A DNA stretch of 64,000 nt from Centroscyllium fabricii (Eukaryota): NCBI GenBank assembly GCA_051313645.2, contig JBNRSN020000008.1, forward strand, positions 29,450,001 to 29,514,000. Reading direction: 5' to 3'. This document shows, piece by piece, positions 45,977-58,671 of the stretch. The notes under the pieces were generated by a model. The model had not been told where the DNA came from. It made no database searches and worked only from the letters and a program-made list of their open reading frames with translations. The position numbers and the translations under genes were made by a program. Numbering within the stretch: position 1 is the stretch's first letter; each line of letters begins with the position of its first letter.

Positions 45977-48900
45977 ATGGAGCGCGGTGCGGTAAAGCCA
46001 GAGAAGCTGGACACCAGAACACAGGACCCAGCCGCTGCCACCATGTTCGAACACTGGTTCGGTCTCCTGGAGGCCTATATGGACGCCGCCAAGGCTACAA
46101 CCGACGGGAACAAACTGCAAGTTCTCCGGTCTAGGATCTCCAGCCGAGTATTCTCCCTCATCCGAGATGCCAAAACCTACCCAGCGGCAGTGGAAAAACT
46201 GCGGAAATGCTACGAGCGCCCGGTCCACTCGGTCTACGCCAGACATGTGCTCGCGACCAGACCACAACTACCGGGTGAGCCAAATGAACAATTTGAACAA
46301 GCACTCCAAGCCCTGGTACGGGTCTGTGGCTGCCAAGCACGGACAGCAGAGGAAGAGGCGAATCTCCTCATCCGTGATGCCTACGTAACAGGCCTGAGGT
46401 GCGTTGAAGCCCGCCAGCGGCTGCTTGAGAAAGACTCTTTGACCTTAGAGGAGGCGATCTCTATATCAAACTCTGTAGAAGGGGCACGCAACAAGCTGCA
46501 GGCGTACAGCGGCACAAACCCGCAGGTCTACGACGCGTGGGCCGCGCCACAACGGGCCAAGGCCTGGGCAGCACCACAACGGGTCGAGACCCCCACGATG
46601 GCTGCGACAGCCGCAAAGGCAGACAAACGGTGCTACTTCTGCGGTCAGGGACTGCATCCACGAGCGAGATGCCCAGCGAGGACCGCGACCTGTGAGAGGT
46701 GCTCCAAAAAGGGACACTACGCGAAGGCCTGCAGATCAGCACCAGCAGCGCCCAACTCCAGGTACAACAGCGCAGCCTGTGAAAGCTCCGCCAGACCTCA
46801 GGTAAGCTGCAATAGCAGCGCGATCCAGCAACAGTCCGGGGGTAGAAGAAAAGCGCCCCCATCTCCCACTCTGATGCGGCAAAGGCCGGCTGCACCCACG
46901 GCACGCCAAGCTCAGCCACAGCCAGCCATGCGCGATCCCCCAACGCCAGAAGCACACCCAGCGCAGCCCGCTGCGTGCGAATCACGGGCACCGCCAACCC
47001 AGCCACCGCGGCTCGCTGCGTGCGAACCACGGGCACCGCCAACCCAGCCACCGTGGCACGCTGCGTGCGAACCACGGGCGACGCCAGCGCGCTCACAGCG
47101 GTCAGCCGCGTGCGAACCACGGGCGTCGCCATCTTGTCTCCAGCGGCCCACCATGTGCGACCCCTCGGCGCCGCCATCTTGTCTCCAGCGGCCCGCCATG
47201 TGCAACCCCTCGGCGCCACCACCTTGTCTCCAGCGCCCCGCCATGGGCGAACCACGGGCGCCGCCATCTTGTGTACAGCCCCAACCAGCAGGGGGCCCCC
47301 ACACACAAAGGCACACTTCGGCCTCAGCCATATCTAAAGTTGACCAGGCTAGGCCACACAACCTATCGAACTCGATCATGCCGATCAAAATCAACGGCCA
47401 CGTTACTAATTGCCTGTTCGACACTGGAAGCACAGAGAGCTTCATCCACCCTGATACAGCGCAGCGCTACGGACTGCAGATCCTGCCCACGCGCTACCAA
47501 GTCTCCCTTGCTTCACAGTCCCACACCGCGGACGTCACCGGCTAATGCTCCGTCACGCTCACAGTCAAGAGTTGTGTGTACCGTAACTTTAAGTTGTACA
47601 CCCTCAAGCAGTTGTGTGCCCCAGCCTTACTAGATCTGGATTTCCAGTGCCAACTCAAGAGCGTGACAATGGAGTTCAGCAGGACCTTGCCCCCCCTCAC
47701 CGTCAGTAGCCGGGACAGTCCCTTCCCAAAGCGGAGCCCGGCCTGCGGCCTCTCCACCCTGAAATTCGACCCCCCCTCACTGTTCGCCAACCTCGACCCC
47801 AACTGCAAGCCTATTGCAACTAAGAGTCGGCGGTACAGTGTGGGGGATCGCACGTTTATCAGGTCGGAGGTCGGGCGTATGCTGAAGGAGGGGATAATTG
47901 AAGCCAGCACCAGCCCCTGGCGGGCCCAGGTAGTAGTGGTGAAGACTGGCGAGAAACAGCGGCTGGTTATTGACTACAGCCAGACTATTAACCGCTACAC
48001 CGGGCTCGATGCCTACCCCCTCCCCCGCATCTCGGACATGGTCAACCAGATCGCCCAATATAAGGTGTTCTCCATGATCGACCTTAAGTCGGTGTATCAC
48101 CAACTCCCGATCCGGAAAGCCGACCTCCCGTACACCGCCTTCGAGGCGAACGGTCGGCTCTACCACTTCCTCCGGGTCCCCTTCGGCGTGACCAACGGAG
48201 TGTCGGTATTCCAGCGGGAGATGGACCGCATGGTTGACCAGAACGGGTTGCGGGCCACCTTCCCTTACCTGGACAACGTGACCATCTGCGGCCATGACCA
48301 GCAGGACCACAATGCCAATCTGGCCAAATTCCTTGACACGGCGGAAAAGCTGGACCTTACGTATAACAAAGACAAATGTGTCTTTAATACAGACCGGCTC
48401 GCCATCCTCGGATACGTGGTGGAGAATGGGGTCCTCGGCCCCGACCCACAGCGTATGCGCCCCCTACAAGAACTGCCCCTTCCTCGCAACCCCAATGCCT
48501 TGAGGAGATGCCTAGGATTTTTCTCCTATTATGCACAATGGGTCCCACAGTTCGCGGACAAGGCTAGACCACTCCTCAAGGCTGCCGTCTTCCCCCTCTC
48601 GGTAGAAGCCCAAACGGCATTCGCCCGGATAAAGGAAGACATTATCAAGGCGACCATGCACGCCGTTGATGAATCTATCACCTTCCAGGTGGAGAGTGAT
48701 GCTTCGGACATTGCCCTTGCCGCCACCCTGAATCAGGCAGGCAGGCCCGTAGCGTTTTTCTCCCGCACCTTACAGGGACCCGAAATTCGCCACTCTGCAG
48801 TGGAAAAGGAGGCCCAGGCCATCGTGGAGGCCGTGCGCTACTGGCGTCATTACCTGGCCGGTAAGTGTTTTACCCTTCTCACCGACCAACCGTCGGTGGC

Positions 48901-50209
48901 GTTTATGTTTAATAATAAACAGACGGGTAAGATCAAGAATGATAAGATCCTGCGGTGGCGGATCGAGCTCTCGACTTACGAGTATGACATTCTTTACCGA
49001 CCAGGTAAACTCAATGAACCCCCGGACGCACTGTCCAGGGGAACGTGCGCCAGTGCCCAGCTAGACCGGCTGAAGGATCTCCACGATCGCCTCTGTCACC
49101 CGGGTGTCACCAGGCTCGCCCACTTCATTAGATCCAGTAGCCTCCCCTACTCCATCACGGAGATCAAGGCTATGACCCGAGAGTGCCCTGTTTGCGCCGA
49201 GTGCAAACCCCAATTTTTCCGGCCAGACACGGTGCACCTCATTAAGGCCACCCGCCCCTTTGAACGTCTAAGCGTGGACTTCAAAGGCCCTCTCCCCACC
49301 ACCGACCGCATGTCATACTTCCTCACGGTCGTAGATGAGTTCTCCCGCTTCCCGTTCGCCTTCCCCTGCTCAGATATGATGAGCGCAACAGTGATAAAAC
49401 ACTTCACCACGCTGTTCGCCATTTTCGGTCTCCCCAGCTACATCCTTAGCGACCGGGGGTCATCGTTCATGAGCGATGAACTGCGTCAGTTTCTGCTCCA
49501 GAAAGGGGTTGCCTCGAGCAGAACGACCAGTTATAACCCCCGGGGGAACGGCCAGGTAGAAAGGGAGAATGGGATCATCTGGAAGGCGGTCACCCTGGCC
49601 CTGAAGTCCAGAGGCCTTCCAGTGTCCCATTGGCAGGCAGTCCTCCCCGATGCGCTGCACTCGATACGCTCTCTGCTATGTATGGCCACCAACGCCACCC
49701 CTCATGATTTAATGTTTTCCTTTCCCAGGAAGTCGACTTCGGGGACAGCTCTTCCACCGTGGCTCACGACGCCGGGGCCGGTCTTCCTTAGAAAACACAT
49801 CCGCGGCCACAAGACCGACCCCCTGGTAGACAAGGTGCAGCTCCTGCACGCCAACCCACAGTACGCATACGTGCAGTTCCCGGACGGGCGCGAGGACACC
49901 GTCTCCTTCAGGGACCTAGCGCCCGCCGGGAGCACCACAGCAGAGCCACTGTTCGGGCAGCAGCCCGCCCAGCCACGATATTTCGAACACCCCCTGCACC
50001 TACAGTGGCTACCAAGGTATCCAGAGCCCCAGCCATGGCCAGCCCAAGACCACCATTCGGATGGCTCGGATCAACCACTACCACCAGCATCTGAAGTTTC
50101 GGCACCAGCGCCGCTGTCACCACCACCGGACCCGAGCGGGACGGACCACACGGAACTTCTGCCAGAGCCCCGGTGTCCTCCAGACAGACGCGAGCGCCGG
50201 ACAAGTTGA
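45977..50209 (+). pseudogene. Gypsy single-ORF gag-pol copy B, complete except one premature TAA (47543-47545; TAC in copy A)
   Basis: ORFs 45977 and 47576 are in the same frame; gag-PR-RT(YLDN)-RH-IN (HDRLCH..CPVC; VDFKG/SDRG/QVERENG). Confidence 0.93.
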
Positions 50210-50542
50210 TAATGAACTGCTCTGTCCATTCACCCCGCCGGACTTAAATTTTCAAGAAGGGGTGAATATGGTAACCATATATATGTATTAATTTCCACTG
50301 TAATATTGGTGCCAATATTGCCACTGTACATAGTAAGATGTTGCGACACTGTCGTGGGGCCAGGTCAGCCACACCTCTAACTGCTCCCCCAGGTGAGGCC
50401 CTTTATAGATGAGGACTGACCGGACCCGTTCATTCTGTACCTGTTGTTCGTTCGGAGTATAGCTCCTAAGTAAGTCAATAAAAGCCTGTAGTTAAGGTCA
50501 CTGCTCGTCTTTGGCTTTATTGAGTTAATTGACGATACGTCA

Positions 50543-50832
50543 CTCCCAAACCCGCATCCTCTACCACCTAGAGGGACAAGGGCAGCAGGCGTATGGTAAC
50601 ACCACCATCTCCAAGCTTCCCTCCAAACCACGCACCATCCTGACTCGTTGTGCCTTCATCGTCGCTGGGTCAAAATCCTGGAACTCCCTCCCTAACAGCA
50701 CTGTGGGAGTACCTTCACCACACGGACTGCAGCGGTTCAAAAAGGCGGCTCAGCACCACCTTCTCGAGGGCAACTAGGGATGGGCAATAAATGCTGGCTT
50801 TGCCAGCGATGCCCACATTCCATGAATGAATA
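50543..50832 (+). mobile_element. LINE 3' tail (target of the Gypsy insertion)
   Basis: Same tail as 23468-23775. Confidence 0.82.
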
Positions 50833-51546
50833 CATTTTTAAAAATTTGATAGGGGTACTTCAGCATTTTAATTTGGTGTAAAATGTCATTCTGAATGCCA
50901 GATGTAAATATTGGTGCTGAGTTTAAGTTGCTTTTAATTCTGCTATGGGCTCAGATAATAGTGAGTAATTCTTAGGTTGGGATCTATTTCAATTGGACTG
51001 AGCCAGGCCCAGTTCACAGGCATGGATTTGAATTTTTTTCCGAACAGTGTTAAGTTGCACTCAGCCCAGTGCAGGTTTATTTTTCTTCTGGTCATGCCCT
51101 ACAGTTCCCAAGCTTTGAAAGCAAAGGAACATAACAAACCATGAAACATGTCGAAACAGACAATGCTGGCAATTCACAGCAAGCTACCCAGCACCGGAAA
51201 GAGAAAGACAAGTTGATGTTTCACTGTGGCCCTTTATTCGAACTAAATAGGCTAGTTAGCCTTATGCATCGCCGTCTATGCTGAGAAATGTGTTGGCATG
51301 TGCAGTTATGCTGTTTTGTTTGTCCAGTGCAATGAAGTATTTTATAGATTACGTGCTTTGATTCAGAATTAAAGCAGAAATGCCTAATTATCAGAGAAAT
51401 GGCACTTGTTAATAAAGACTGTTTATCAATTTGGAACTGCTGGTGTGTAATCATTCATGAAATACCATTACATACAAGTCAAGGAGTTTTTATTACATTA
51501 TATTTGACAGATTTTTTTTTCACTTGATAGTGCTGCTATATAGACC

Positions 51547-51806
51547 AGTCCAAAGATGTGCGGGTTAGGTTGATTGGCCAGGATAAATTGACCCTTAGTG
51601 TTGGGGGGATTGAATATGTGGGGTTACGGGGATAGGGTGGGATATGTGTCGATGCAGGCTCGATAGGGATTGAGGGATATGGGGAGAGGGCAGGGACAGG
51701 GTACTGGGTTTGGATGATCAGCCCTGATCTCATTGAATGGCAGAGCAGGCTCGAAGGGCCGAATGGCCTACTCCTGCTCCTATCTTCTATGTTTCTATGT
51801 TTCTAT
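51547..51806 (+). mobile_element. 5'-truncated V-SINE
   Basis: Matches the 3' half of the 58672 copy. Confidence 0.88.
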
Positions 51807-52223
51807 ATTAAGGAGGACAACAGCCGCCGCAAAATAGTGTACTGAATCCAAGGGGCACTCCTTTTGCAAAAGCCTGCTTCATTACATTGACCCGGATTTT
51901 ACGAGGCCAGTGTGCACACACGTTATAAGCGCCCCGCGAGTTGCTGGTCTCCGCACGCGCTGCGCCATAACCCGGAACTTGCGATCTGTCAAGTTTCTCC
52001 TTGACAGATCGCACCCATCCGCTGTAAATTCACTTTCGCTGGCGCAGGGTTGGGCTATTTGTCCGACTGCTGCCCAGCAAATACCTGCCAAACCCTTACC
52101 CCTGCTAAAAGCCTGATTTTACCAACATAAGGGTTAAAATAAATGTTAAAATAAAATGTTTAATATTACTTAAACATTCACTTACATTTAAAATTAGTTG
52201 AGGTCAATTTTGTCCCGGTTAAA

Positions 52224-54374
52224 AGGGGGAAAAATTCAGTTGTTTGCACCTCGCACCGGCACCTTGAAAGGGCACTAATGGGGCGCAAAGCAACTGGTGC
52301 CCGGGCACGGCGAGGTTTGCGGCGCTCGCAAAATTAACTAGACATTTTGCGGCGGAGCTAAACACTGCCGCCATGATCTCCTGCACCGGCAGATGATGAT
52401 GTCAGTCGAGTGTGCGACACCCTGGTCGTACACTGGACCGGATATTGAGTGGCGCCCCTGCCTTACTGCCTGTCGCTAACAACGATAGGTTGAGGGGAGC
52501 GTTTTGCAGTCAGAAAGGGACTGGGGCAGCGCTATTTAAAGGTGACTGCTTCCTGCCTTTTTTTTTGTTGGTGACAGTTTTGCACCACGCATTCTGAGAG
52601 AGTGAGAGAGAGAGAGAGACGAGATTCAACGCTGTGTGAAGGAGTTTTGGGTACTGAGCAGCACTTTGCAGGTTCATTTTGATTTGCCCTTCCTGGCTTC
52701 ACCAGCGCTCTGAGGTAGCGGCTCGCTCCTCGGCCTTTGCGCCTTAAAACAGGTGTGAAGCGCCTGATTTAGCGCTCCAATCACCTCCAGGGCAATAAAA
52801 GCCAAGTTTGCCGTCAGAGGCGATAATTAGCACCAGGCGCTAAACTTTGCACACGGCTGAGAATGGCGCCCCCAATTTTTTTTTTAATTCATTGATGGGA
52901 TGTGGGCGTCGCTGGCTGGCTAGGCCTGCATTTAGTGCCCATCCCTAATTGCCCTCGAGAAGATGGTGGTGAGCCACCATCTTGAACTGCTGCAGTCCAT
53001 ATGGTGTAGGTACACCCACAATGTTGTTAGGAAGGGAGTTCCAGGATTTTGGCCCAGTGACAGTGAAGGAGCAGCGATACAGGTCCAAGTCAGGATGGTG
53101 TGTGGCTTGGAGGGGAACTTGTAGGTGGTGCTGTTCCCATGCGTCTGCTGCCCTTGTCCTTCTAAGTGGTAGAGGTCGCGGGTTTGGAAGGTGCTGTTGA
53201 AGGAGCTTTGGCGAGTTGCTGCAGTGCATCTTGTAGATGGTACACACTGCAGCCACAGTGCACCGGTGGTGGAGGGAGTGAATGTTGAAGGTGGTGGATG
53301 GAGTGCCAATCAAGCAGCCTGCTTTTTCCTGAATGGTGTCAAGCTTCTTGAGTGTTGTTGGAGCTGCACTCATCCAGGCAAGTGGAGCGTATTCCATCAC
53401 ACTCCTGACTTGTGCCTTGTAGATGGTGGAAAGGCTTTGGGGAGTCAGGAGGTGAGACACTCGCCGTAGAATTCCCAGCCTCTGGCCTGTTCTTGTAGCC
53501 ACAGTATTTATATGCCTCACAGCACTGGAGAGCCTCACAGCACTGGAGAGCCTCACAGCACTGGAGACCCGGGTTCAAATCCTGCCTCGGGAACTATCTG
53601 TGTGGAGTTTGCACATTCTCCCCGTGTCTGCGTGGGTTTCCTCCGGGTGCTCCGGTTTCCTCCCACAGTCCAAAAATGTGCGGGTTAGGTTGATTGGCCA
53701 GGATAAATTGACCCTTAGTGTTAGGGGGATTAAATATGTGGCGTTACGGGGATAGGTTGGGATATGTGTCGATGCAGGCTCGATAGGGATCGAGTGATAT
53801 GGGGAGAGGGCAGGGGTGGGCTGCTGGGTTTGGATGATCAGCCATGATCTCATTGAATGGCGGAGCAGGCTCGAAGGGCCGAGTGGCCTACTCCTGCTCC
53901 TATCTTCTATGTTTCTATGTTTCTATGGCTGGTCCAGTTCAGTTTCCGATCAATGGTAACCCCCAGGATGTTGATAGTGGGCGATTCAGCGATGATAATG
54001 CCATTGAATGTCAAGGGGAGATGGTTAGAGTCTCGCTTGTTGGAGATGGTAATTGCCTGGCACTTGTGTGGTGCGAATGTTACTTGCCACTGGTCAGCCC
54101 AAGTCTGAATGTTGTCCAGGTCTTGCTGCATATGGACACGGACTGCGTCAGTATCTGACGAGTCTCAAATGGTGCTGAACAGTGTGCAATCATCAGCAAA
54201 CATCCCCACTTCTGACCTTATGATGGAGGGAAGGTCATTGATGAAACAGCTGAAGATGGTTGGGCCTAGGACACTACCCTGAGGACCTCCTGCAGTGATG
54301 TCCTGTGGTTGAGATGAATGACCTCCAACAACCACAGCCAACTTCCTTATGGGACAATACTGAATTTTTCCCCC
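52224..54374. mobile_element. Harbinger-like MITE (52224-52875 plus 54349-54374) split by a minus-strand LINE (52876-54348) that holds a V-SINE (53514-53926)
   Basis: TIRs GGGGGAAAAATTCAGTT / TACTGAATTTTTCCCC; LINE PQGSVLGP, GMFADDCT; SINE head has three copies of GCCTCACAGCACTGGAGA. Confidence 0.8.
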
Positions 54375-55125
54375 AAACTGTTTAAATTTATTTTTCAAAA
54401 AATTAAATTTTTATTTTAAATGTTTCTTTAAAGAGTATTTTAATGTATTTTGAACCTGTGGTGATTTATTTTTATTTCAGTGTTGTTAAATTGTAATTTC
54501 TAGGTGATTGCTATATTGCCTATGGCGATTCCATACGTAAATGGAAGCCCAGAAGCATCATAGGAATGCCATGTTGTCATTGGTTGGCCTGGCCCACGTG
54601 ATCCCAGGGACACTTGCAAACCGCTTGCACCCCAGGATACCTGGGCCTTTACGCAGGCGTACGCCTGCAGGCTCAGGACCGCAAGAGTCCGAAGATCCGG
54701 AGGAGTCTTCTTGCGGTTCGGAGGCATGCATGGGCAGCAATACTCCGACGGCAATTTCCAGGGCATTATTTATAAATGAATGCAAATTCATTCCTGTTTA
54801 TTTTTCTGGAAAATTCTAATAGCAGTGGCTCGGAACACTGGTGAATAATGGATGTCATGTTAAGCTCAGTTGAGTAAGAAGAAAATTATAACTTACTTAA
54901 TCTACACAATAACCCTTAAAGTCATGTCTTGCCAGCATTTAAGATATTCAAAAGGTTTACTTTTAGAGGAACTGGAGTAGACCATTCAGCCCCTCGAGCC
55001 TGTTCCGGCATTCAATCAGATCATGGCTCATCAGTACCTCAACTCCATTTACCCACCTTATAACTTGCTACACTTATCCAACTAAAACCTATCCGTCTCA
55101 GTCTGGAAAGCTACAACTGTCCCAG

Positions 55126-55396
55126 TGTTTTGTTTTGTATTTGTGGGTTCCAAGACTACACATATATGAAGGAGAATGTTGTTTAATCTAAAGTACATAT
55201 AAGTAACTTGCAGCTTTAACACGAGGCTTTTACACAGGCTGTACAGAGTCTCCATCTTAGAGATCCAACTTAAACTGAAACCTAAATGAACTTACACAGC
55301 ACTGGCTTCTTGTCACATGACCTCTGCTGTCCAGGCATGGATAATCAAACAGGCAACCATGATCCTTTTGCTAGCAAGGCATAGATAATCCTTACA
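55126..55396 (-). mobile_element. Solo LTR inserted in a CR1 tail (54965-55490, minus)
   Basis: TGT...TTACA ends with 5-bp TSD CCCAG. Confidence 0.78.
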
Positions 55397-55769
55397 CCCA
55401 GCATTCACAATCTTTTGGGGAGAGAGTTCCAGATTTCCACTACCCTTTTCATGAAAATATGCTTCCTGATTTCACTCTTAAATGGCCTGGCTGTAGGAAT
55501 CTAAGTATTCCTAGCTGAAGAAACAGAGCCCACACACAAAGGAACAGTAACAAACAGGTCTTTACACTATCAAGTCGACGATCACACTGGTGAAACAAGC
55601 CCACGCCCAATGTGATGACGTCACCGCGTGTCATCACGTGGGTCCGCGTTTCCCGTGCTCTTAAAGGGGCCATGCCCCTTGCATAAGTATGTTACAAATA
55701 CAGTTACAGAGAATTATATACATGGAAGTTATGTACAGCTATACACAGTGGAATGTATATATATAAATG

Positions 55770-56378
55770 TGATTGGGGCCGAGGATATGATCTGAAATTG
55801 TTGAACTCTATGTTTAGTCCAGAGGGCTGTAGAGTGCCTAAGCGAAAGGTGAGGTGCTGTTCCTCAAGTTTACGCTGAGCCTCCGCGGAACAATGCAATA
55901 AGCCACAGACAGTGAGGTCTGTAAGGGAGTGGAGTGGAGAATTAAAATGACAGGCCACCATTTCAGATCATAACCTCGGCCCCTTTTACATTTATTTATA
56001 TATATATATTTTCTCTCTTTTTTCAATCCACACTTTCGTCTGGGCTTTTTTCTTTTTTCTTCTCTCTGCCAGAGCCGTTCACACTTCATCCAGAGCCATC
56101 CTTGAATTTCTCTTAATTTCTCTCAATGTCTCTTGATCTCTCCACCTTCTACCCTGTCACTGACCTTCCGTTTGTTCTTTCAGCCCTTCCCCCTTTCCCC
56201 AGCCCCTAGTTGCTTTCAAATCGATTCCCCTCTCCTGTTTTCTCCAGTTCTGACGAAAGGTCATCGACCTGAAACGTTAACTCTGTTTCTCTCTCCACCA
56301 ATGTTGCCTGACCTGCTGATTTTTTCTCGCGTTTTCTGTTGTTATTTCGGATTTCCAGCATCCGCAGAATTTTGCTAT
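55770..56378. mobile_element. Second Penelope-like family: GIY-YIG C-terminus (minus) plus inverted pLTR (plus)
   Basis: VACHFNSPLHSLTDL...RKLEEQHLTFRLGTLQPSGLNIEFNNFR; ATTTCAGATCAT..CCTCGGCCCC present in both orientations. Confidence 0.85.
56246..56282 (+). ncRNA. Minimal type I hammerhead ribozyme
   Basis: AGTT-CTGACGA-A-AGGTC-ATC-GACCT-GAAA-CG-TT-AACT: stem I AGTT/AACT, 5-bp stem II, palindromic ACGT stem III. Degenerate copy at 59442-59478 (-). Confidence 0.8.
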
Positions 56379-56625
56379 TGTGGCGGCACGCCCACTGGGA
56401 CACCGAATCCGCCACGGGAACTCCGCGGAGCAGAGCCCCGCTCATCCGGGTGACGCAACGACGTCACCACATCTGCCTACGCGATGACATCACCAACGGC
56501 GGGCAGTTTAAATATGCTTGTTGCGAGTGGTTCACTCTCTTTCCTGTTTAACTCTTATGCATTAAACTAGTGTTTTCTTTAGCTCTCTGGCTCACGTGTG
56601 GTTCCTAGGCCTGGCTGGCGCTACA
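56379..56625 (+). mobile_element. Solo LTR
   Basis: TGTGGCG...CGCTACA inverted ends, 4-bp TSD CTAT, TTTAAATA and ATTAAA signals. Confidence 0.8.
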
Positions 56626-56659
56626 CTATTGTGTATCTTCACATATCTGTTGTATGAGT

Positions 56660-56927
56660 TGATACCTTATCAATAACCTTGAAGACGAGAAGATATGTGG
56701 TGAATAAAAGGCTTTTATTCGCTAAGACATAAGCATGCCCATGCTAGTCGACTGCCCCCGGAATGATTGGGGGGAGGGAGACAGTCACCTTTATACCTGG
56801 GTCCGGGGAGGAGGAGCCACAGGCGGAGTCAGCACGGGCATGCCCAGACAAGCTATACATGGGGAACTATGTACATAGATTTAGATTCATACACGGGTAC
56901 ATATATATATTACAGTGGTTTACCACA
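56660..56927 (-). mobile_element. Solo LTR (TGTGGT... short Gypsy type)
   Basis: Reverse complement TGTGGTAAACC...AATAAAAGCC...TCA; 5-bp TSD TGAGT. Confidence 0.85.
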
Positions 56928-58109
56928 TGAGTTTAGTGAACTTTTCGCATTTGAACACACCTATGTCTACAATGCACTGTCTGACAGATTATTACAGCCA
57001 TTTATCACCATTTGCGTGAAGACGTTTCTTCTAGCTGTTCACTCAATGAATTGCTTTGTGTATTCACTGTTGTTATGTAGGCGACTGTGATAAGAATGTT
57101 GTCCAAGGCAATGACCCACAGAGCAGCAGTGGGATGAAAGGTATATTTCTGGTGATGTTGATTCAGGTTGGGCAGGACACCAGAAGAGATGCCTGCTCTT
57201 CCTCAAATAGTACTGTAGGATCATTAGCATCTAACTGAACCACTGGAACCAGCAGATATCTCTTTCAAAATACAGGAAACTCTCGATTTACCGGCACCTA
57301 AATAACTGGAAATTTCTGTTAACCGGCAAAATCCAGGAGTAGGTTCAGGTAAGTTTTACTTCATATTAGTGGCCGTTCCTGGATCTGTGGCTATGTAACC
57401 GGGGTTCCTGCACCTGTTGCTAAGCAACAGGGATGCCTGGTCTTGTGGCCAGGGTTGCTGCACATGTTGCTAAGCAACAGGGATGCCTGAATTTGTTGTT
57501 GTGTACGGGAGTCTTGTAGTTTTTAATGATACCTTTCTCTAATCCGGACTTTTTGATAAACCAGCACCACACCAGTCCCGTCGGTGCCGGATACAAAAGA
57601 GTTTCCTGTACTTGGTGGGCGGCCACCTTCACTTAGCCAAGCGGGCCTTCAGCTTGAGCCCGAGCCTGCCTGCATGCACTTGCACAGCGGGAGTCGCCTG
57701 GACAATGAGCCAGGGTGGGGTGTGGAAGGACCCTGGGCAGACATGTCTGCCTCACTTCCTATTCCCTCAGCTGCTAAAGGGGTCAGCTCCACATTGAGCC
57801 AAAGGGAGAGCTTTTAATCGCACCCTGCTGCCTCCCTCCTGCCCTCAAGAACAGCTGGAAGCATGAACGTTTTTTGCATTCCAGGCCAGAATTACTCCCT
57901 CACCCCTCCTCGATTCTGCCAACTGAATTTTTGCCCAGCGACATCCTGTGGGCGCTGACATTGTGTGTCAGCTGTGGCTCAGTGGGTAGCACTCTCACCT
58001 CAGAGTCAGAAGGTTGTGGCTTGCAGTCCCACTCCAGGGACATGAGCACAAAAATCTAGGCTGACACTCCAGTGCAGTACTGAGGGAGTGCTGCACTGTC
58101 GGACGGTGA

Positions 58110-58525
58110 CATAGAAACATAGAAACATAGAAACATAGAAACTAGGAGCAGGAGTAGGCCATTTGGCCCTTCGAGCCTGCTCCGCCATTCAATGAGATCA
58201 TGGCTGATCATCCAAACCCAGTACCCCGCCCCTGCCCTCTCCCCATATCCGTCGATCCCTATCGAGCCTGCACTGACACACATCCCACCCTATCCCCGTA
58301 ATTCCACATATTCAATCGCCCTAACACTAAGGGTCAATTTATCCTGGCCAATCAACCTAACCCGCACATCTTTGGACTGTGGGAGGAAACCGGAGCACCC
58401 GGAAGAAACCCACGCAGACACGGGGAGAATGTGCAAACTCCACACAGATAGTACCCGAGGCTGGATTTGAACCCAGGTCTCCAGTGCTGTGAGGCAACAA
58501 TGCTAACCACTATGCCACTGTGCCG
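58110..58525 (-). mobile_element. Full-length shark V-SINE (HE1-like)
   Basis: tRNA-derived head with A/B boxes, V-domain and CR1 tail (CTATGTTT)n. Confidence 0.92.
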
Positions 58526-58671
58526 CCTGTTACATCTGCCCTCTCATGTGGATGTAAATGATCTCCTGGCACTATTTCGAAGAAGAACAGTGGACTTATC
58601 CCTGGTGGCCTGGCTAATATTTATCCCTCAATCGATAAAAAAAGAAAAGATTATCTGGTCATTATCACATT

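Larger units (their letters stand above)
41316..50542 (+). mobile_element. Chimeric tandem Ty3/Gypsy LTR retrotransposon (three ~276-bp LTRs, two gag-pol copies)
   Basis: LTRs at 41316-42535 (interrupted), 45675-45951 and 50267-50542; outer 5-bp TSD CTCCC; PPT AAGAAGGGGTGAA 50254-50266. Confidence 0.93.

Noticed and set aside
55492-55700. Possible solo LTR next to the Penelope fragment
   Set aside because: TGT start and LTR-like content, but no matching TSD or definable other end.
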